This document shows positions 13,491-27,700 of a stretch of 64,000 nt of DNA, in pieces. The stretch spans positions 9,508,129-9,572,128 of the forward strand of contig OZ037769.1 in assembly GCA_964035545.1 (NCBI GenBank), read 5' to 3'. The position numbers were made by a program, and so were the translations under genes. Source of the DNA: Bugula neritina (taxonomy: Eukaryota; Animalia; Bryozoa). Under the pieces are notes generated by a model. It saw only the letters and a program-made list of their open reading frames with translations. It was not told where the DNA came from and searched no databases. Each line of letters begins with the position of its first letter. The stretch's first letter is position 1.

Positions 13491-13593
13491 AATTTTTGAA
13501 GTATGTCTAAATGAAGAGTCTTTGAAGATTTGAAGATTCTGATGATAACCGCGTAAAGTAGAAGTAGATGATCAGTTGAAAATCCTTGAAGCT

Positions 13594-13612
13594 AATCCTA
13601 TCCTCGTCGCCA
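13594..13612 (-). promoter_or_regulatory. PBS complementary to the 3' end of tRNA-Ser(GCU)
   Basis: Plus strand AATCCTATCCTCGTCGCCA resembles the metazoan tRNA-Ser(GCU) 3' end (...ATCCCATCCTCGTCG-CCA); lies 5 nt from the LTR. Confidence 0.75.
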
Positions 13613-13617
13613 AAATC

Positions 13618-13807
13618 TGTTGTGTTTCAAACAGGTGTATTGATCATAAAATAATTTACAATGAAAACAGTAGAAGTGTTACCACCTTATATATTAACTT
13701 GCACAGAAAAGCTGATATAGCTGTATATAAATAAACAAAATGAGCGCTGAAGCTAACATGAAAAAGCCATTACATCTTTTAGATTTATGCATTGTCATGC
13801 TATAACA
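13618..13807 (-). repeat. 5' LTR of the Mag-like Gypsy element
   Basis: Direct repeat of 9086-9275, adjacent to the PBS. Confidence 0.95.
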
Positions 13808-13812
13808 CACTT

Positions 13813-15530
13813 TACGGTGTCCTCAAATTGTATGTCTTCCACTGCTACCTCAAATGTGTCAAAAGTCACCTTCACTTCCTCACCAAGACTCTTTAGCAAT
13901 GCCGCTCTCTCTTTTACTCGTTTCCCTTTTCTTTCTCTCATCGTCTGTTTCTGTCATTTTTTGTTGAAAAGCGTATGGAAATAGCTGCAATTTCAAATCA
14001 TTTCCTAAATTTGTTCCCGCTTTCTATTTCTTTGTCAGGCTCTATCTTCAATTGAGGAATGTTTGTTTTGTTTGCCATTTTGTCTTTTGTTCTGAGTCTA
14101 GTTGATTAGTTGATTATTTTGTTATCTCAGCGCCCAAATTACACTGAGAGCTTCCTGTTTGATAGTACATTATCTGTTTCCAGTTTCTGTCAACGACCGA
14201 GAAGCAACGGCTACAATCTTTTTTGAACCATCACTCTGCACTTGTATTAATGTAGCACCATTACCATTCCTGCAGGCATCAGTTTGAAAAATTGCTTCAG
14301 CATTGTGAAGATAAGCTGCAAGCACAACGTCTTTAGACAACTCCTCTTTAATTCGATCAAAATCCTCACTTTGCGAATGACCCAAAATCAAACTGAGTTG
14401 TTACATAATAAGTCTCCGAGGGGCTTAGAAATTTTAGCCAAGTTGGGTGTAAACTTAGTGAACTGGTTTGCCAATTCTAGAAAACTCCTAAAATCTGACA
14501 CATTCTTGGGAATACTAAAATCTTTAATAACTTTAACCTGCATTTAGGTTAGCCTGTATTTCAATCCCAGAAATGAGGTGCCCATGAAACTTTTTTGAGC
14601 TTTTGGAACACTCACAACAGAGTTATTCGGCGTCATGTATGTATCAGATATGTGCTGCAATACTTTTCTAACTCCAACGAAGCTGCTTTCATTTGCTCAC
14701 AGATCAATATCTTTCTTTCCTGTTATGTCTATTTTGTTTGCTTCGGCAGTGTTGTACTTGGTAAGAGCATCATGTGTAACATTCTTGGACCCACTTACAT
14801 GTCTGATGGTATATTGTGATCTGGTCAATTATTATTGCTAGACATGAAAAAGTGTCTGTCCTCAACCATGCAACTTTTTGTTGGTCTGTCTAATTTAAAT
14901 TTCATCTTTTGTCCTTGTTCTTTGTTGGTACTCACTCCAAGATTGGTATGCCAAGATTCAGAATCTATCGAATTAATATGATGTACCTCTCCTAAGTAAA
15001 CATCTGTGCCACCGTTTGCTGGTTGTACTTTACTAACACTATTTGAATTTCTACACATTTTGGACCAGCGGCTGAATTTCATGCATTTTACACATTTAGT
15101 CCCGTAAGCTGAACGTCTCTGACATTTTGGATCGTTTTTCCATATTGTTCACATCTATCCTCAGCATATTTATTATAAACAATATTAAGAGTGGTTCTTG
15201 ACATTCTGCTATCAACTTTTTGCACTCCATGACTTCCTTGAGTTTGGGATTTGGTAGTATTATAGCTTTAGGTTTTCTAGACTTCTCGGCTATTCTCGGT
15301 GACGTAATCAGAAAGGTTAAACTGTTTTCATCAGTCTCTTTTATTAACTTCTCTCTCTCATTTGAATCATCAATTAAAAAAAAACACTATCCCTTATAAG
15401 TGAATTTCATTGGTCGCCAAATTCACAATCTTCAGCCAGTTTTCGTAATTTCATTAAGTATACCATCAATTATATCTCTGCTTTGACAGCTGCACCTTTG
15501 TGAGAGTTAAGTCTCTCTAGCTGTTTGAGA
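13813..15530 (-). mobile_element. Older degenerate Gypsy element, the host of the Mag-like insertion
   Basis: RNase H piece QTDAC...ASRSLTE (14170-14391), protease-region KFKLD (14825-15082), RT remnants; probably continues at about 8980-9085. Confidence 0.7.
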
Positions 15531-15539
15531 ACAGCATCT

Positions 15540-16300
15540 TCTGATATTGGCAATGGAGTTGCACTGGTAATGTTTTGATCAAAATTAGGCTAATAAGACA
15601 CAAGCTTTTCGCATCATTTGAAGATCGTATTTAGGTCATCAGGTGTATATGGGCTCGATTTTGCAGTAGTTGTTTTGCTGTGTGGTAGACCACTTATTTT
15701 CTATGCATCAGCTCATGCTTTGGCTGGTTCATTTACTAGTCGTAATTGGATTTTCTTAGAGTAATTATGTTTGCTATTGTTTATAGATCTGGTGATGTCA
15801 CATTTGAGTTTATTATAAAGTTTCCATCTTTGTAGGCTACTTCTTTTTGATTAATCTTTTTTGTTATATGTTTGGTAATCCAAGGTTTCTGATTGGTACA
15901 CATTCTGAAGCTCTTTTTGGGTAAGCATAAATCTGTGCAAAAATTTACAGTCTGTTCTAATTTCAGGTTTTGCGCTATAGCATCTAGAAGTTTGTCCTTA
16001 AGGAACTGTTAATAACCTGCAAGCTCGATTTTTGATGTAGCGCTTCTGGAGTAAGCCAGGATTCGGTTATACAAACAAGCTGAGATTTGTTAAGGAGTCG
16101 TTTGGTTTTAATGAGACTGTGAATTTCTTTGAGTTTGTTTTTTACAGATTGTGTATTAGTGACAAGTGCAGGTAATGGTACTTTGCAAGTTTTATTACTG
16201 TGATTGACTATAACCTGGCCACGCTTTGCCCTGCTAGATCAAAGAAGTCTCAGATCAATAATCTTTACTGTGTGTTTGTGTTTTACATATACTTAAGCTG
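15540..16300 (-). mobile_element. Degraded non-LTR retrotransposon (LINE) ORF2 fragment
   Basis: Minus strand encodes NQKPWITK at about 15872-15895, the typical endonuclease-RT linker; no long ORF. Confidence 0.5.
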
Positions 16301-16559
16301 ATGTTTGGCCATAGAGTTTTTATATTCAACAGATATTGATGATTTATAATATTTTCTAGGTTTTTCACTCCTCTTGTCTTGTAGATGATGGTGATTATTA
16401 GCCGGCATAAACAAAGGCTGCAATAGCTGCGCCACAATGTTCAAAGTTAACGCATTAAAGTTAAGTACTAAACTACAGAGAGCATTAAAAATACAACCTC
16501 ACTCTGCAAAATTCAACTGCCAAGTTGAACTGCCTTGTTGAGTTCTCTGGGGTCAAGGC

Positions 16560-19014
16560 AGGTGTGAACGCCGCCATCTTTCTTTTTCGCTAGCCTTGAC
16601 CATGCTGCTCACCCACTCTATGGGCTCATCAACCTTAGCTATTATCCTAGAGTCTTCCATTTTCTGGAGTTCGAATTTTACTTTCTTCATCATGGAGAGG
16701 GGTATTCTTCATGCTCTGTTATTAACAGATCTGATCAATGGATCCACATTTATTTCATGCTCCCTGTTCAGGCAACCAATACCGTTAAAGCACTACTCAA
16801 ACCCAGCAGTGATATCTTCAGTAGTAACAATGTCTTGCGTGCAAATGTGCAATCTTGATTGGCAGAATGTTGGCTTACGCTCCAGTGTCTAGCTTGAACT
16901 TTACGTCTAGTTGTATTTTGCCATGAGAGATGTTAAAGTCCTTATACCAGGAATTCTCTTTGATCGGATTATTAACCATGCCAATAAACAGCTCATTCAT
17001 ATTTATCTTGGTTTTGTCGGTGACTGTGCTGACCTGCTTGCAGTTGTTACTTCAGAGCTTTGAGAAGTGTTTTTTCACCACAACTACGACAGGTCTCACT
17101 AAAATCCAGACATTTTCTACAAATGTACTCCTAGCTATAAAATTTGCATTTTAATTTTTGAAGGGCTAGTGTGGGCGTTTCTTTGCCAACAGAAGCAGCA
17201 CTCTTTCAAGCTGCAAGGCATTCCATTGGACTCTTTATAGCTTCAGAGGCTCTTATAAGGTTGATCGCCGTGGGAAGCATTATGTCAAGATTATGTAAAA
17301 CCTTTCTCTTTCAGCTTAATGTTTCCAATGCTGAACACACATCTGCACATCACACATTATGTTCTTTAATTCGCCAAATTTGCACATGGAGGCTTATGGC
17401 TTCAACCTCTTAACAAACATAGATTGGTTCGTTTTTAGTCTGGGTCAATGACCAAAACTCATACCACTCAAAAAATCGTGTTTCTCCACAGGTTAAAACT
17501 GTTGTCAAATCTTGCAAGAACATCATTTTCTTCACTGCATCCTCACCATTGCAGTGACGCAGAATCGCAATCTTCCTCCTCAAATGGCATTGTTGGCATC
17601 AGGCCTCACACCCTCATTAGCAGGCTGGGCCACTGAATTACTAGCTAGGAGGTAATTTTTAAAATCTCTCCTCTATCTCATCCAATTTTCAGCCAGGTTA
17701 CCACCACAACTTAATTGGGAGCATGGAATAACACTAAGGGCATCTATATCACAACAAATTTGAATTGAGACTCAATTCAAATGCAAAATGAAAATAAAAT
17801 TTGAAGGCAATTTTGCGATGTTCATTGAGTCACCTGTATTTGTTCTGAGGAAATACGATCTGCCTTTGTGCATAATTGGGAAGTTGTCTTATTGACTGTC
17901 CGCATATTTTTCTCACTGAAGAAGTTTACTTGTGCCTCTTTTTGTGTGGCAGCGTGAACTGAAAACAGACTTGTTGGGATTGTTGTTGCCAGCAAGCCAT
18001 TTTTTAGCTTGATCCATTGTTAGATGTCATCATCAGTAATAATAAATTGTGCTGTGAATTTGGCTACAGCCAGTTGGTTTGTTTTGTAACCATCAGCCAT
18101 CTCAATGTAGTAGTTCTCAGGCTTTAAAGTTTTATCGAAACTAATGAAGTAGCTTTCACTGTTGACTAGATGACTTGTCACTCTACAGTCAACCATCAGC
18201 AACTGTCCGTCTTGACTTTTGTTCTGTGTGACAATGTTGCATTGATCTATTACATTAACAGTAAAGACATATGTGGCATATGCAGCTGAAGTTTCGGTTT
18301 ATTGGTCTTCTTTGTCATGCAAACTGATTTAATATGTTCATTTTTCTTACAGTAGTTGTGAAATAGTTTTAATTTTGAATAACAATCTTTTGTGGAATGA
18401 TTGTTTTTACCACAAGTCATGCATTGTTAATCACATTTGTTCGAGGACTCAGAATTTTCTCTCCCTCTAGATGCCATGGCTGTGGATTGAGAGCCATCTT
18501 AGTAAAGTCAAAGTTGGGTGTGCACTACTACAAAAGGCTGATAGGATGTTGGCAATCCTTTCATTATCATTGCAATCATCGAATTGTCACTGCTGAGTAG
18601 CTCTTAGCACGAATCAGGTAGTCGCTGATGTTGTGAGCTGTTTATAGAGAGTTAATACTCTGGCTTTTGTGTGCTTGCATAATAATGTTCCTTCCGAATT
18701 TTCAAAGTTTTCCTTCCATCATCTTTTGCATCTCTTATCACAAGTTAAAGAGATGTTTCGTTTGGAAATTGTACCAGTTCAGCATAGGCTCGCTTGTTCT
18801 TTTTGTTAAAATCATCAGCATTATTTTTTCCGTCTTCTTTGGGTAGAATGGCGGCGTGTACACTTTCATCTTGTGCGTGCAAGTATGAAGTAAATTTTGT
18901 CTCCCAAATTGGGAAATTGTTTCCGTCACTATCAAAGATAAGTCTGTGTTTGAAGCCACTGGGCCCATAACCTGTTGAATGTGTGGCTATTGTATAGAGT
19001 AATAATCATGAAAT
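16560..19014 (-). mobile_element. Third degenerate Ty1/Copia element
   Basis: PBS at 18959-18972 next to TG (LTR edge); protease-like LMVDC...SH (18020-18202); integrase and RT remnants. Confidence 0.75.
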
Positions 19015-19436
19015 GAGTCAGTTTACTTCATTTAGTACACACCAGCAACTTATGACCTAACATTAAAGTTTGCTCAAAATCAATTTAAATTTACTGTACA
19101 TGCTATTTTTATGTACTGGTTTTAACTACGCATAACAGAAAAGGCTGGAAGGGGATTCCCCAACAATAAAGCACAGGCCATTGTCATATGCACTTAATAT
19201 TCTATATGTGCGGACCGTTACGAAAAAACCGTAACGATCCGTAACCAAAACCAGCTGAATAATTAAGGAAAAACATAGGAAATGAAGCAAAATTAAAAAG
19301 AACTTTGACTATTTAGGTGTATTTATTGGTGTTTTACTAGTTTTGGCCAAAAGACCATGTTCATTATCCGCTGTATTGTGAAAAATAGCCAAAAATTGAA
19401 GATGTCTAGTGTGTACTAAATTAAGTAAAATGACCC
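19015..19436. mobile_element. Non-autonomous Sola2-like MITE
   Basis: About 31-bp imperfect TIRs (GAGTCAGTTTACTTCATTTAGTACACACCAG / CTAGTGTGTACTAAATTAAGTAAAATGACCC) with a 4-bp TSD AAAT on both sides. Confidence 0.75.
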
Positions 19437-19884
19437 AAATACGTTTTTGATATTTATAATGATTGATGTTTCAACTTATCCAGTAACTGATTGACTTATT
19501 TAATTATTTTTTTAAGAAAATGTTTATTTGAATGAAAAAACACCACGATGGCTTGTATTACAGAAAACGGAAGTGAAGGGGTAAACGAGAATACCTCAAT
19601 TCTTGTACAGAAATTAGTTAATATATTTTCACATAATTGTCATGTGATTAGTGATGAGATCGCATGATCGTTTCTCAACGGAAGGTATGGCAATGACTTG
19701 TGTGGATGTGCGCAATGCTCCTGTGAGACTGATGAATTTTTTTCTGATGCCAGCACAGTGTCCATATAGTCACAAAAAGCCTATGTGACTCATAATCATA
19801 ATTATATGCACTACCCGGTGTTTAATGTCAATTGTTTTAACATGATTTTTTTTCCATTTCTACAAATACTTTATATGTTTTTAG

Positions 19885-21000
19885 AAAAAAGTGCTACTGT
19901 TCACAATTTAAAGAGTGATGTAGTAGAGGCGGATTCAATTAATGATGGCATTTACTCTCAGATTAATAATGAAGAAAAGTCAAACATCAAAAGCTAAAAC
20001 TCCCTCTAAGGCATTTGCACATCTATATATTTTGAGTTGGTTTACTTCAATAACCATAATAGTCAATTTGTTTCATTTTTTCTCAAAAAAGTTATAGTTA
20101 GTTATACAACAATATATTTATAGAAGGCCCGGGTTGCTACTATTGAGGCTGATGCTCACTTTTCGGACACTGAAGCACTTGAGAAAAAAGCAGATAGAAA
20201 GCCTAGAGGTAGAGGAAAAGCTCCCTTAAAAGAAAGAAGTGAGTCTTTAGTTTATCTTTAAATTTTGTTTCAATAACGCCCGTTGAACCATTTTGCAATT
20301 TGTAAAACTAGTTGTTTGTGTTGATTTTGACTCAAGTAAATTACTTAGGGCTTGCAAGACCTTTGGAATTAGTGACAGTATAAAATTTATATCAACTTAT
20401 GAAGTTATCTTTCTTTTGTCTGCACTATAGAACACTGACTGCTCATCTACCTACTCCATATTTCTTTTCATGGTAAATCTAAGTATATATGAAAAGTTTC
20501 TTCAAGTACCTTAGCTTAGTTCTACAATTTTTTTATTTTTAGGCTCAGAAAGCTCTTAAAGCTCCAAAAAGAACTTCAATGCTTAATGCTTATAGATTAT
20601 AGAGGATGATGATAAAATGGTGACGAATGAAGCATTCAATGTTGAAGAGAAAATTTCTGCATAGCGAATAAAAGACAAGGTTGAACTACACAAAGAAATG
20701 GATTATTAAGGATAAATACTAAGTGATTGGACTAAAAGACTTAATGCAAGTGACTGAAAGAAAAGCAGTGCAGAAATGGTGGATGAGGGTGATGGGGAAG
20801 ATCCCAATCTAAGTGATACAGGTAAAATAATTTTATTCACCTTTTATGAGCTTCTATTTTTGTATTTTTTATAAGTTTTCATCTCACAGGGCTATATATT
20901 TTAGATACAAGTCCAACTACGGTCAAACTAAGAAGATAACTCTCATTGCTAAATGCAAAAGAGTACTCTCAATTTATGGATGAAAAAAGAAAAGGGAAAG
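19885..21000 (+). pseudogene. Possible spliced gene relic (acidic/basic exons with stops), perhaps transposon-derived
   Basis: AG/GT-bounded purine-rich segments (about 20124-20238, 20543-20821, 20905-21000) with coding-like composition but in-frame stops. Confidence 0.3.
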
Positions 21001-21028
21001 GTAAAAATTGATTCATTTGCATGTATGC

Positions 21029-21033
21029 ATGTG

Positions 21034-21081
<48 letters not shown>

Positions 21082-21085
21082 TGTT
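21029..21085. repeat. (TG)n-(CGTG)n microsatellite
   Basis: Seen directly. Confidence 0.95.
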
Positions 21086-21707
21086 TGTTCAATTTTTTTA
21101 TTATGGTTAGCTATGGCCTTCCCTCTATCTGCTAATATTTATCCTGTGATAGCAAATGTAAAGTTATTATTTTAAATAGGCATTTGTTTTATCATGAATT
21201 TGAATGGCATTGGCGTACAGAAAAGTTATGTTTGTTTAGGTTTATATTATCTTAAATTTATCTACGTGATGGCTTATCTCAGGTTCACTGAGCAATCTTT
21301 CATACTGTCCCACTATAGCCAAGTTTTATTCAAGAGTCATGGGTTGTTTTAGTGAAAGGTGTCTTGTTCATTTGCTCATTTTGGTTTCTTTATACAAAGG
21401 TAACAATTTTAGCCGTCACTGATTAGCTTGATATTTGAGAGTTATGGAATTTTACAAGTATGCCGTATAGCCTGTTTTATAGTGACCCATTAATACTCGC
21501 TTCTGATTGTTGAGATGATTTTTACAACATTTACTGAATAGAAATTTCTTCAACTATTTTGTAGCTAAAGTTCCGTTTAGTAGTGTGGTTTAAATTTTTA
21601 GTGCAACCAAATGTTAGTTGGAAGATTGCTCTCAGTAAGTAATTATCAAATCAGTATAAATATTCCCAGGGAGAGTTTGTTTTTCAAACTATGATTTATA
21701 TTTATAG

Positions 21708-24700
21708 CTTCAGCACAGCTAGAATGCTTTAGGCCGGAAGTGCCAGCTTATGCCACAATAAGTCCTGACACTGGCATATACTTACCAGGTAGTGCTGTGA
21801 GTTATAAATGTGCTATTGGACACACTTTGGCTGATGGAAATATTACTCGTTATTGTCTGAACAACAGCTGGACAGGAATCCCCCCACTATGCATATGTAA
21901 GAATTACTTCAAATTTAACAAGCTTGTAATATTCTTTTACTTTATTTTAAACTTATGCCAGCCTGTTCTATTCTAATCAAAACAACATCAAATGAATTAT
22001 TTCGTTTGAGCTCATGCATGACAAAAATGGACAACTTGTTTTTAATTGTACGATAAGCTACGGAACTATAGATGACAATGTACGTATCAATAATGATAAC
22101 AATGACTTAGGCAACTTTTTCCATTTTCCTTTCACAACTTTAGATTCAGGTAATGTTGTGATATCTTCTACCATATGCAGTAATGTTGTAGTGTCTGACT
22201 ATACCTGCAGTGGTATTCTCATATTTAGTAAGACAAAGCAATGTGTGGTTGTTAAACCCACTTTGGTACCATACAATCGTGCTTCATCATCATGTGGACT
22301 ACATTCGAAACTAGTCTCACTATCATCAGCTACAGGTATTAAGAATAATAGTAATTCTGTGACTACTGTTTCACTACTCACCAACTTTGAATAGTAATTG
22401 TTGAGATGCAATGATTTTGCTATGTATTTTACACTCTCTTATTACCACACTGTGAATTGTAAGCGATTAACTTATATTTTTACCTAGAGTTAAAACGTGT
22501 GTGATTTACTGTTACAATAAGCTTGCAATTAAATATGCAGTTAATTGGCATTCTTCTTTTGCTCAAAAGTGTTCATGGTATTTTTGTTTCAATAAAATAA
22601 TATTATAATTATAGAAGATGTTACCATCAATGATGTGAAAACACTTATGATTAAATCTTTCATTGATGAGGTGTGGATTGCCGATTCTCCTAATGTTGGT
22701 TGGTGACTATATATACGTTTAAGGATTAATTACTGAGTTAATATAGGGCCACATTAAATGTATTTTCCTATGCAAATTTACTTGTTAGCGTGACCTACCG
22801 TTATCGAAATTGGAAATTTACTAGCTTGTAGTATTTTTGTTAAACTTTACTGTTAGCCCTAGCTGCCCACCTTGTTTCCATGGCTGCATGTGCATAATGA
22901 ATTGAACTTATTACTTATGTGTGTAGTACTGACCCAAACTCAATTCAACTGCAAACACAGTCACAATAACAAAGAACAAGGTGTTAAATCATCAAACGAT
23001 ATAAAAAAAATTAATTCTCCATTTTATAAAATATGTAATTGTGTTTTATAATCAATGCCAAAATCAATTTGTTTTGCCAGTTCATGTTTACCTTTAGAAT
23101 ATTATTAATATTATTGCACCGTTATCTTTCTGTATCTGAAAGGGCAGTAGCTTCTGCAGAAGTTACAGAAGTGCTAATTGTTAATTTTTAAATCTCACCT
23201 GCTATCAGTAAAACACAATTGAATGAAACATAGCACTAAATTAAGGGAGATGGGTTTCCTAAGTAACTGTCATCCAATTGGGTCTTGATGGAAACTATTT
23301 GCTCCTATTGTTCAGCATTTTTTTCACATTCGTATTCAGTATTGTTCGGCCTATGCAAAATATATTTAATGTGACCTTACGCCTAATATATTACATTTGC
23401 ATTATAACACTACTGTTAATACTGTTTTATGTCTAGGTTATGTTACAATATATTGTTTTAGCTATTTTGAGAAAGAGTAAACGTGTTCGAGTTAGTTGAA
23501 TACCAGGAGAGGCTAAAGCCCTGTTTTATTTCTCTAATATATATAATGCAATTTAATACTAAGATTATCATAAAATAAGTGAAACTGTTGGTTACTATTA
23601 TTATACACAAAAAATAGTAAAATAATAAAACAACTATTATTAAATTTTTATGCAAATACCAAGCAAATGCATTTAGGTTTTGTTAAATTGATTAAAAACA
23701 AAATTATTTAGAGCATGGTTTTTTATTAAATACTAAGTTTGTTATAAAATGTACTGTAATAATGAAAATATTTACTATAGCAGTGGTTTACTCCTTTGAG
23801 CAAGATACAATCCTGTAGTATCTACTTTGCTTGCTATTTTGCTAACACTGTTTAGAAACCTCACGCTCTTGTTACAGGAACTACTTTAACTAATATCAGA
23901 TGTAAATCATTTACACAGAAAGGTGCTATCCAAAGAAGTTGTAGCCGTCGATTGCCAACATTGTGTATATCAGGTATGGTTTTCTCGGTATAGTATGATG
24001 TATACAGTCTGTTAAGCGGCTGAAGGTGCTTCAACTCAGATAAAGATAGGATGAATGCAGTTTATTTTGAAACAACCACCTAGTTTTAAATAAAAGATCA
24101 TATCTTTGTGTTTGCATCCGGAGTGTTTAAACAATGTTTTCATTCCAACATACTAGAGCAAATTATTTGAATTCATTAAAATCTTTTTGGTATTATTGGC
24201 ATGGCCAGGGCATGTAAAGAATATGAAAACTAGAGTTGTCTTCCAGTTTTTCACTCTACTACTTCTATAGTTTATTCTGAAAATACGGATCTTTTTTAAA
24301 AAAAATATAGTACGGCACTATAGCACTTTTCCTAACCATGAAATTTGATTTTCTGATGGTGGGGGTGACATAATTATAATTGAAATAATAAAGAATAATC
24401 ATATTGAAACCAAATATTTTTTAATTTGCCAACAGGTTAAACCCTAATGAACTGAAATAGTCTATTTCAATGTTGAAAGCAGGCGAATTGGCTGTCGTTG
24501 TCACTGTCAGTTAACTGACATTAAGCATGATGCCGGCGCACCAAAATTGCTAAAAGAAGTTAGGATAAAACATAGAAAATCAAGCAAAAGTAGAAAAAAA
24601 CCTTGCTTATTCAGTTGTATTCCTTAATATTTTATCTGTTAAATGCAAGAAACTATATGCATTCATTGGCTGCTAAACTGAAAAATAGCTGCAGACTAGA

Positions 24701-27700
24701 GATATATAGTGTATACTAAATATTAGAGGTATATAGTGTATACTAAATACTAGAGATATATGTACCTTTACCTGTACCTGCACCTATCCCTTGGTCGGAC
24801 TGACCGTTGGGGTACCACTGTTGATCTTTGCAACCAGCCCTCTCCATCCCTTTCTGTTCTCTGTTCTCTTCAAGTTGTCGCTCAGTGTCTTTCCGGTCCA
24901 TTCTGTGATGTTGTCCTCCCATCTCTTTCTCTGCCTGCAGTTATGTACGGTTCCTTGTAGGATTGTCTTGACAAGTCCTGTGGATCTTTTGACATGCCCA
25001 TTATACCACTTCAGCTTCCGTCTCTTCACAGTAGTCAAAAGATCTTTGTGATGTCCCACTGTGTTTGTGACTCTGTTCCGTACCTCAACATTTGTGATGT
25101 GGTCTTTGTAGGAGATGCCTAGGAGCCTGCGGTAGCATCTCATTTTAGTTGCCTGTATTCTTCTCTCCAAATCTGTTGTCAGTGTCCATGACTCACAGGC
25201 GTACAGGAATATGGAGATGACCAGTGATCGCATCAGTCTGATCTTTGATCTGAACGTGATCTTTCTGTCATTCCAAACAGGCCTCAGTTTTGTCAGGGCG
25301 GCTGTTGTTTGCGCAATCCTGGAGAGAATTTCAGGCTTTGATCCTTCATCTGATACGACTGACCCAAGGTACTTGACAGTTCCAAGTTTCTCGCCATTGA
25401 CTTTGACGTCTGTGTTGATGCCGTCGGTATTGTTGGTCATCAGCTTGGTTTTCTCGGCACTGATCTCCATGCCGTACACTGCTGAGGTTGTATCCAATCG
25501 TTCTACAAGTTTGACGAGCTCTTGTTCTTCCCCTGCTAGTCCGTCAATGTCGTCTGCAAAACGCAAGTTGGTAATTGTTCTGCCTCCAATGCTGACTGTT
25601 CCATTGTGCTCTTCTAGTGCGTCAGTCATGGTTCTTTCCAAGAAGATGTTGAAGAGAATTGGAGAAAGCAAACAGCCTTGTCTGACCCCGACCGTCGTCC
25701 CGAACCAGTCCCCTATGCTTCTGTTCAGGTAAACTGCGCTGGAAGCCTTGTCATATAGTTGTTTTAATGTGTTGATCAGATTGGCGTTGATGTTATACAT
25801 CCTCATGGTTGCCCACAAAGCTGCATGCTAGACTCTGTCGAAGGCCTTCTTAAAGTCCACAAAGACATGGTAGGAGTTCTGTTGGTGTTGGAGGTACCTC
25901 TCGCACAGTATTCTGAGCTTGAAGATCTGTTTTGTTGTACTTCGCCCTGCTCTGAAACCTGCTCGTTCTTTCGTAATGATCTTCTCTGCTTGTGGTTTCA
26001 GTCTGTTCAGCAGGATCTTCAACATGACTTTACTGGGGTGGCTTATTAGGCTAATAGTGCGGTAATTCTGGCACACCTGTAGGTTGCCTTTCTTGGGGAG
26101 TGTGATCACCAGTGATTGTGTCCATAGTGTTGGCCATTTTCCTGTCTGCCAGATCTTGTTGCAGATGATTGTCAGGGCGTTGATCATGGTCTCTCCCCTT
26201 GCCTGCACTAGTTCTCCTGGTATATCATCCACTCCTGCTGACTTCCCTTTTTTCAGTGCTTTGATTGCTGCTTCAACTTTTTCTCCAAGGATGGGATGGT
26301 CATCGGTGTTGGTTGCTGGAGGGACGTTTAGTAGTTCTGGGTTTCCTGTGGCTTTAGCTTTGTACAGTTCTGAGCAGCACTCTGTCCATCGTTTTAAAAG
26401 AGATATATAGTGTGTACTAAATACTGGAGTTATTTAGTGTGCACTAAATTAAGTTACATTACATTTTTAATGATGATAAATAGGCAAATGGCTGCAGCCT
26501 TTACAAACAGCATATGTAGCTTGTTTTTAACAGCACTTAATTTCATTTTTCCTATGCATTTCCACTCAATTTTGTTTTAGATTTAAACATTTCTAATAAA
26601 CAGAGCATTTGTGGTTCTCCACCCCAAGCACCTCACACTCAGCGTGTTGACATCTACACAAAGATATTACCAGGAAATGTCATACAGCAGCAGTGTGCTG
26701 ATAATTCTATTCTTATTAGATCAAGGGTGTGCACATGTATGTCGTCAGGGAGATGGGACTCATCTTGTGGAACTAGTACTCTTTGTCAAAGTTAGTAATT
26801 CAAACTTTGTTTTCCTATATTTATATCATACTTCAATTTTTACATAGTTATACAACATACTATAAAGTGCTCTTTTGTTTAACATTGTTTTTACAGAGAT
26901 TACTACAACTCCAACAACAACTCCAACTACAACTCCAACAACAACTCCAACAACAACTCCAACTACAACTCCAACAACAACTCCAACAACAACTCCAATT
27001 ACAACTCCAACTACAACTCCAACTACAACTCTAACAACAACTCCAACAACAACTCCAACAACAACTTTAACAACAGCTCCAACAACAGTTACTACAGCAG
27101 CAGCTTCTACAATAATAAGAAATTATACCCATACAACTTCTACTCACACAGCAATGATTAATAACCAAACTACTAATGTTTCCATGGTTGCTTCCACCTC
27201 AGTTTCCAATGCTAGTGCTATGTCTTCCAGTACTTCAATTGCAGCCAGTAATTTTTATACAAATACAACTAGTTACAGTATAAAAACTACCCCAAGCAAC
27301 AGGATACTTGCCACCAACATTAAAGCAATTGATTTCAACAGTACGGCGAATGGCTTTAACAGCTTAACCTTAGATGCTAACCTTACAACAGTTAGTACAA
27401 ACAATGATAGTACAACAATTGTTGCTAACAGTGTCACAACTTATACTAATGGTGCAACAATTGGTGCTAGCAGTTGGGATTTCAACAGCACAGGGACCAG
27501 TGAAAGTAGTGTGATAGATAACACCACCAGTACAATTATTGACACTACTACTGCATCAATTTATTCTCTCAACATATCTGCTGATATTAACAGTTCAATG
27601 ACTAGCACCAGCAGATCAACATTTGTTACAAACAATGCAACAGGGAATACCAACAGCTCAACAATCAGTACAGAAAGTGGGATAACCAGTATTTCATTAT

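Larger units (their letters stand above)
9086..13807 (-). mobile_element. Near-intact Ty3/Gypsy (Mag-like) LTR retrotransposon
   Basis: Two 190-bp TG...CA LTRs (9086-9275, 13618-13807) differing at about 4 positions; flanks CACCT/CACTT (5-bp TSD, one mismatch); PBS at 13594-13612; purine-rich tract next to the 3' LTR; gag-pol with one frameshift. Confidence 0.95.

Noticed and set aside
26783-27034. Poly-Q/L ORF
   Set aside because: Alternative frame of the PTTT mucin repeat.
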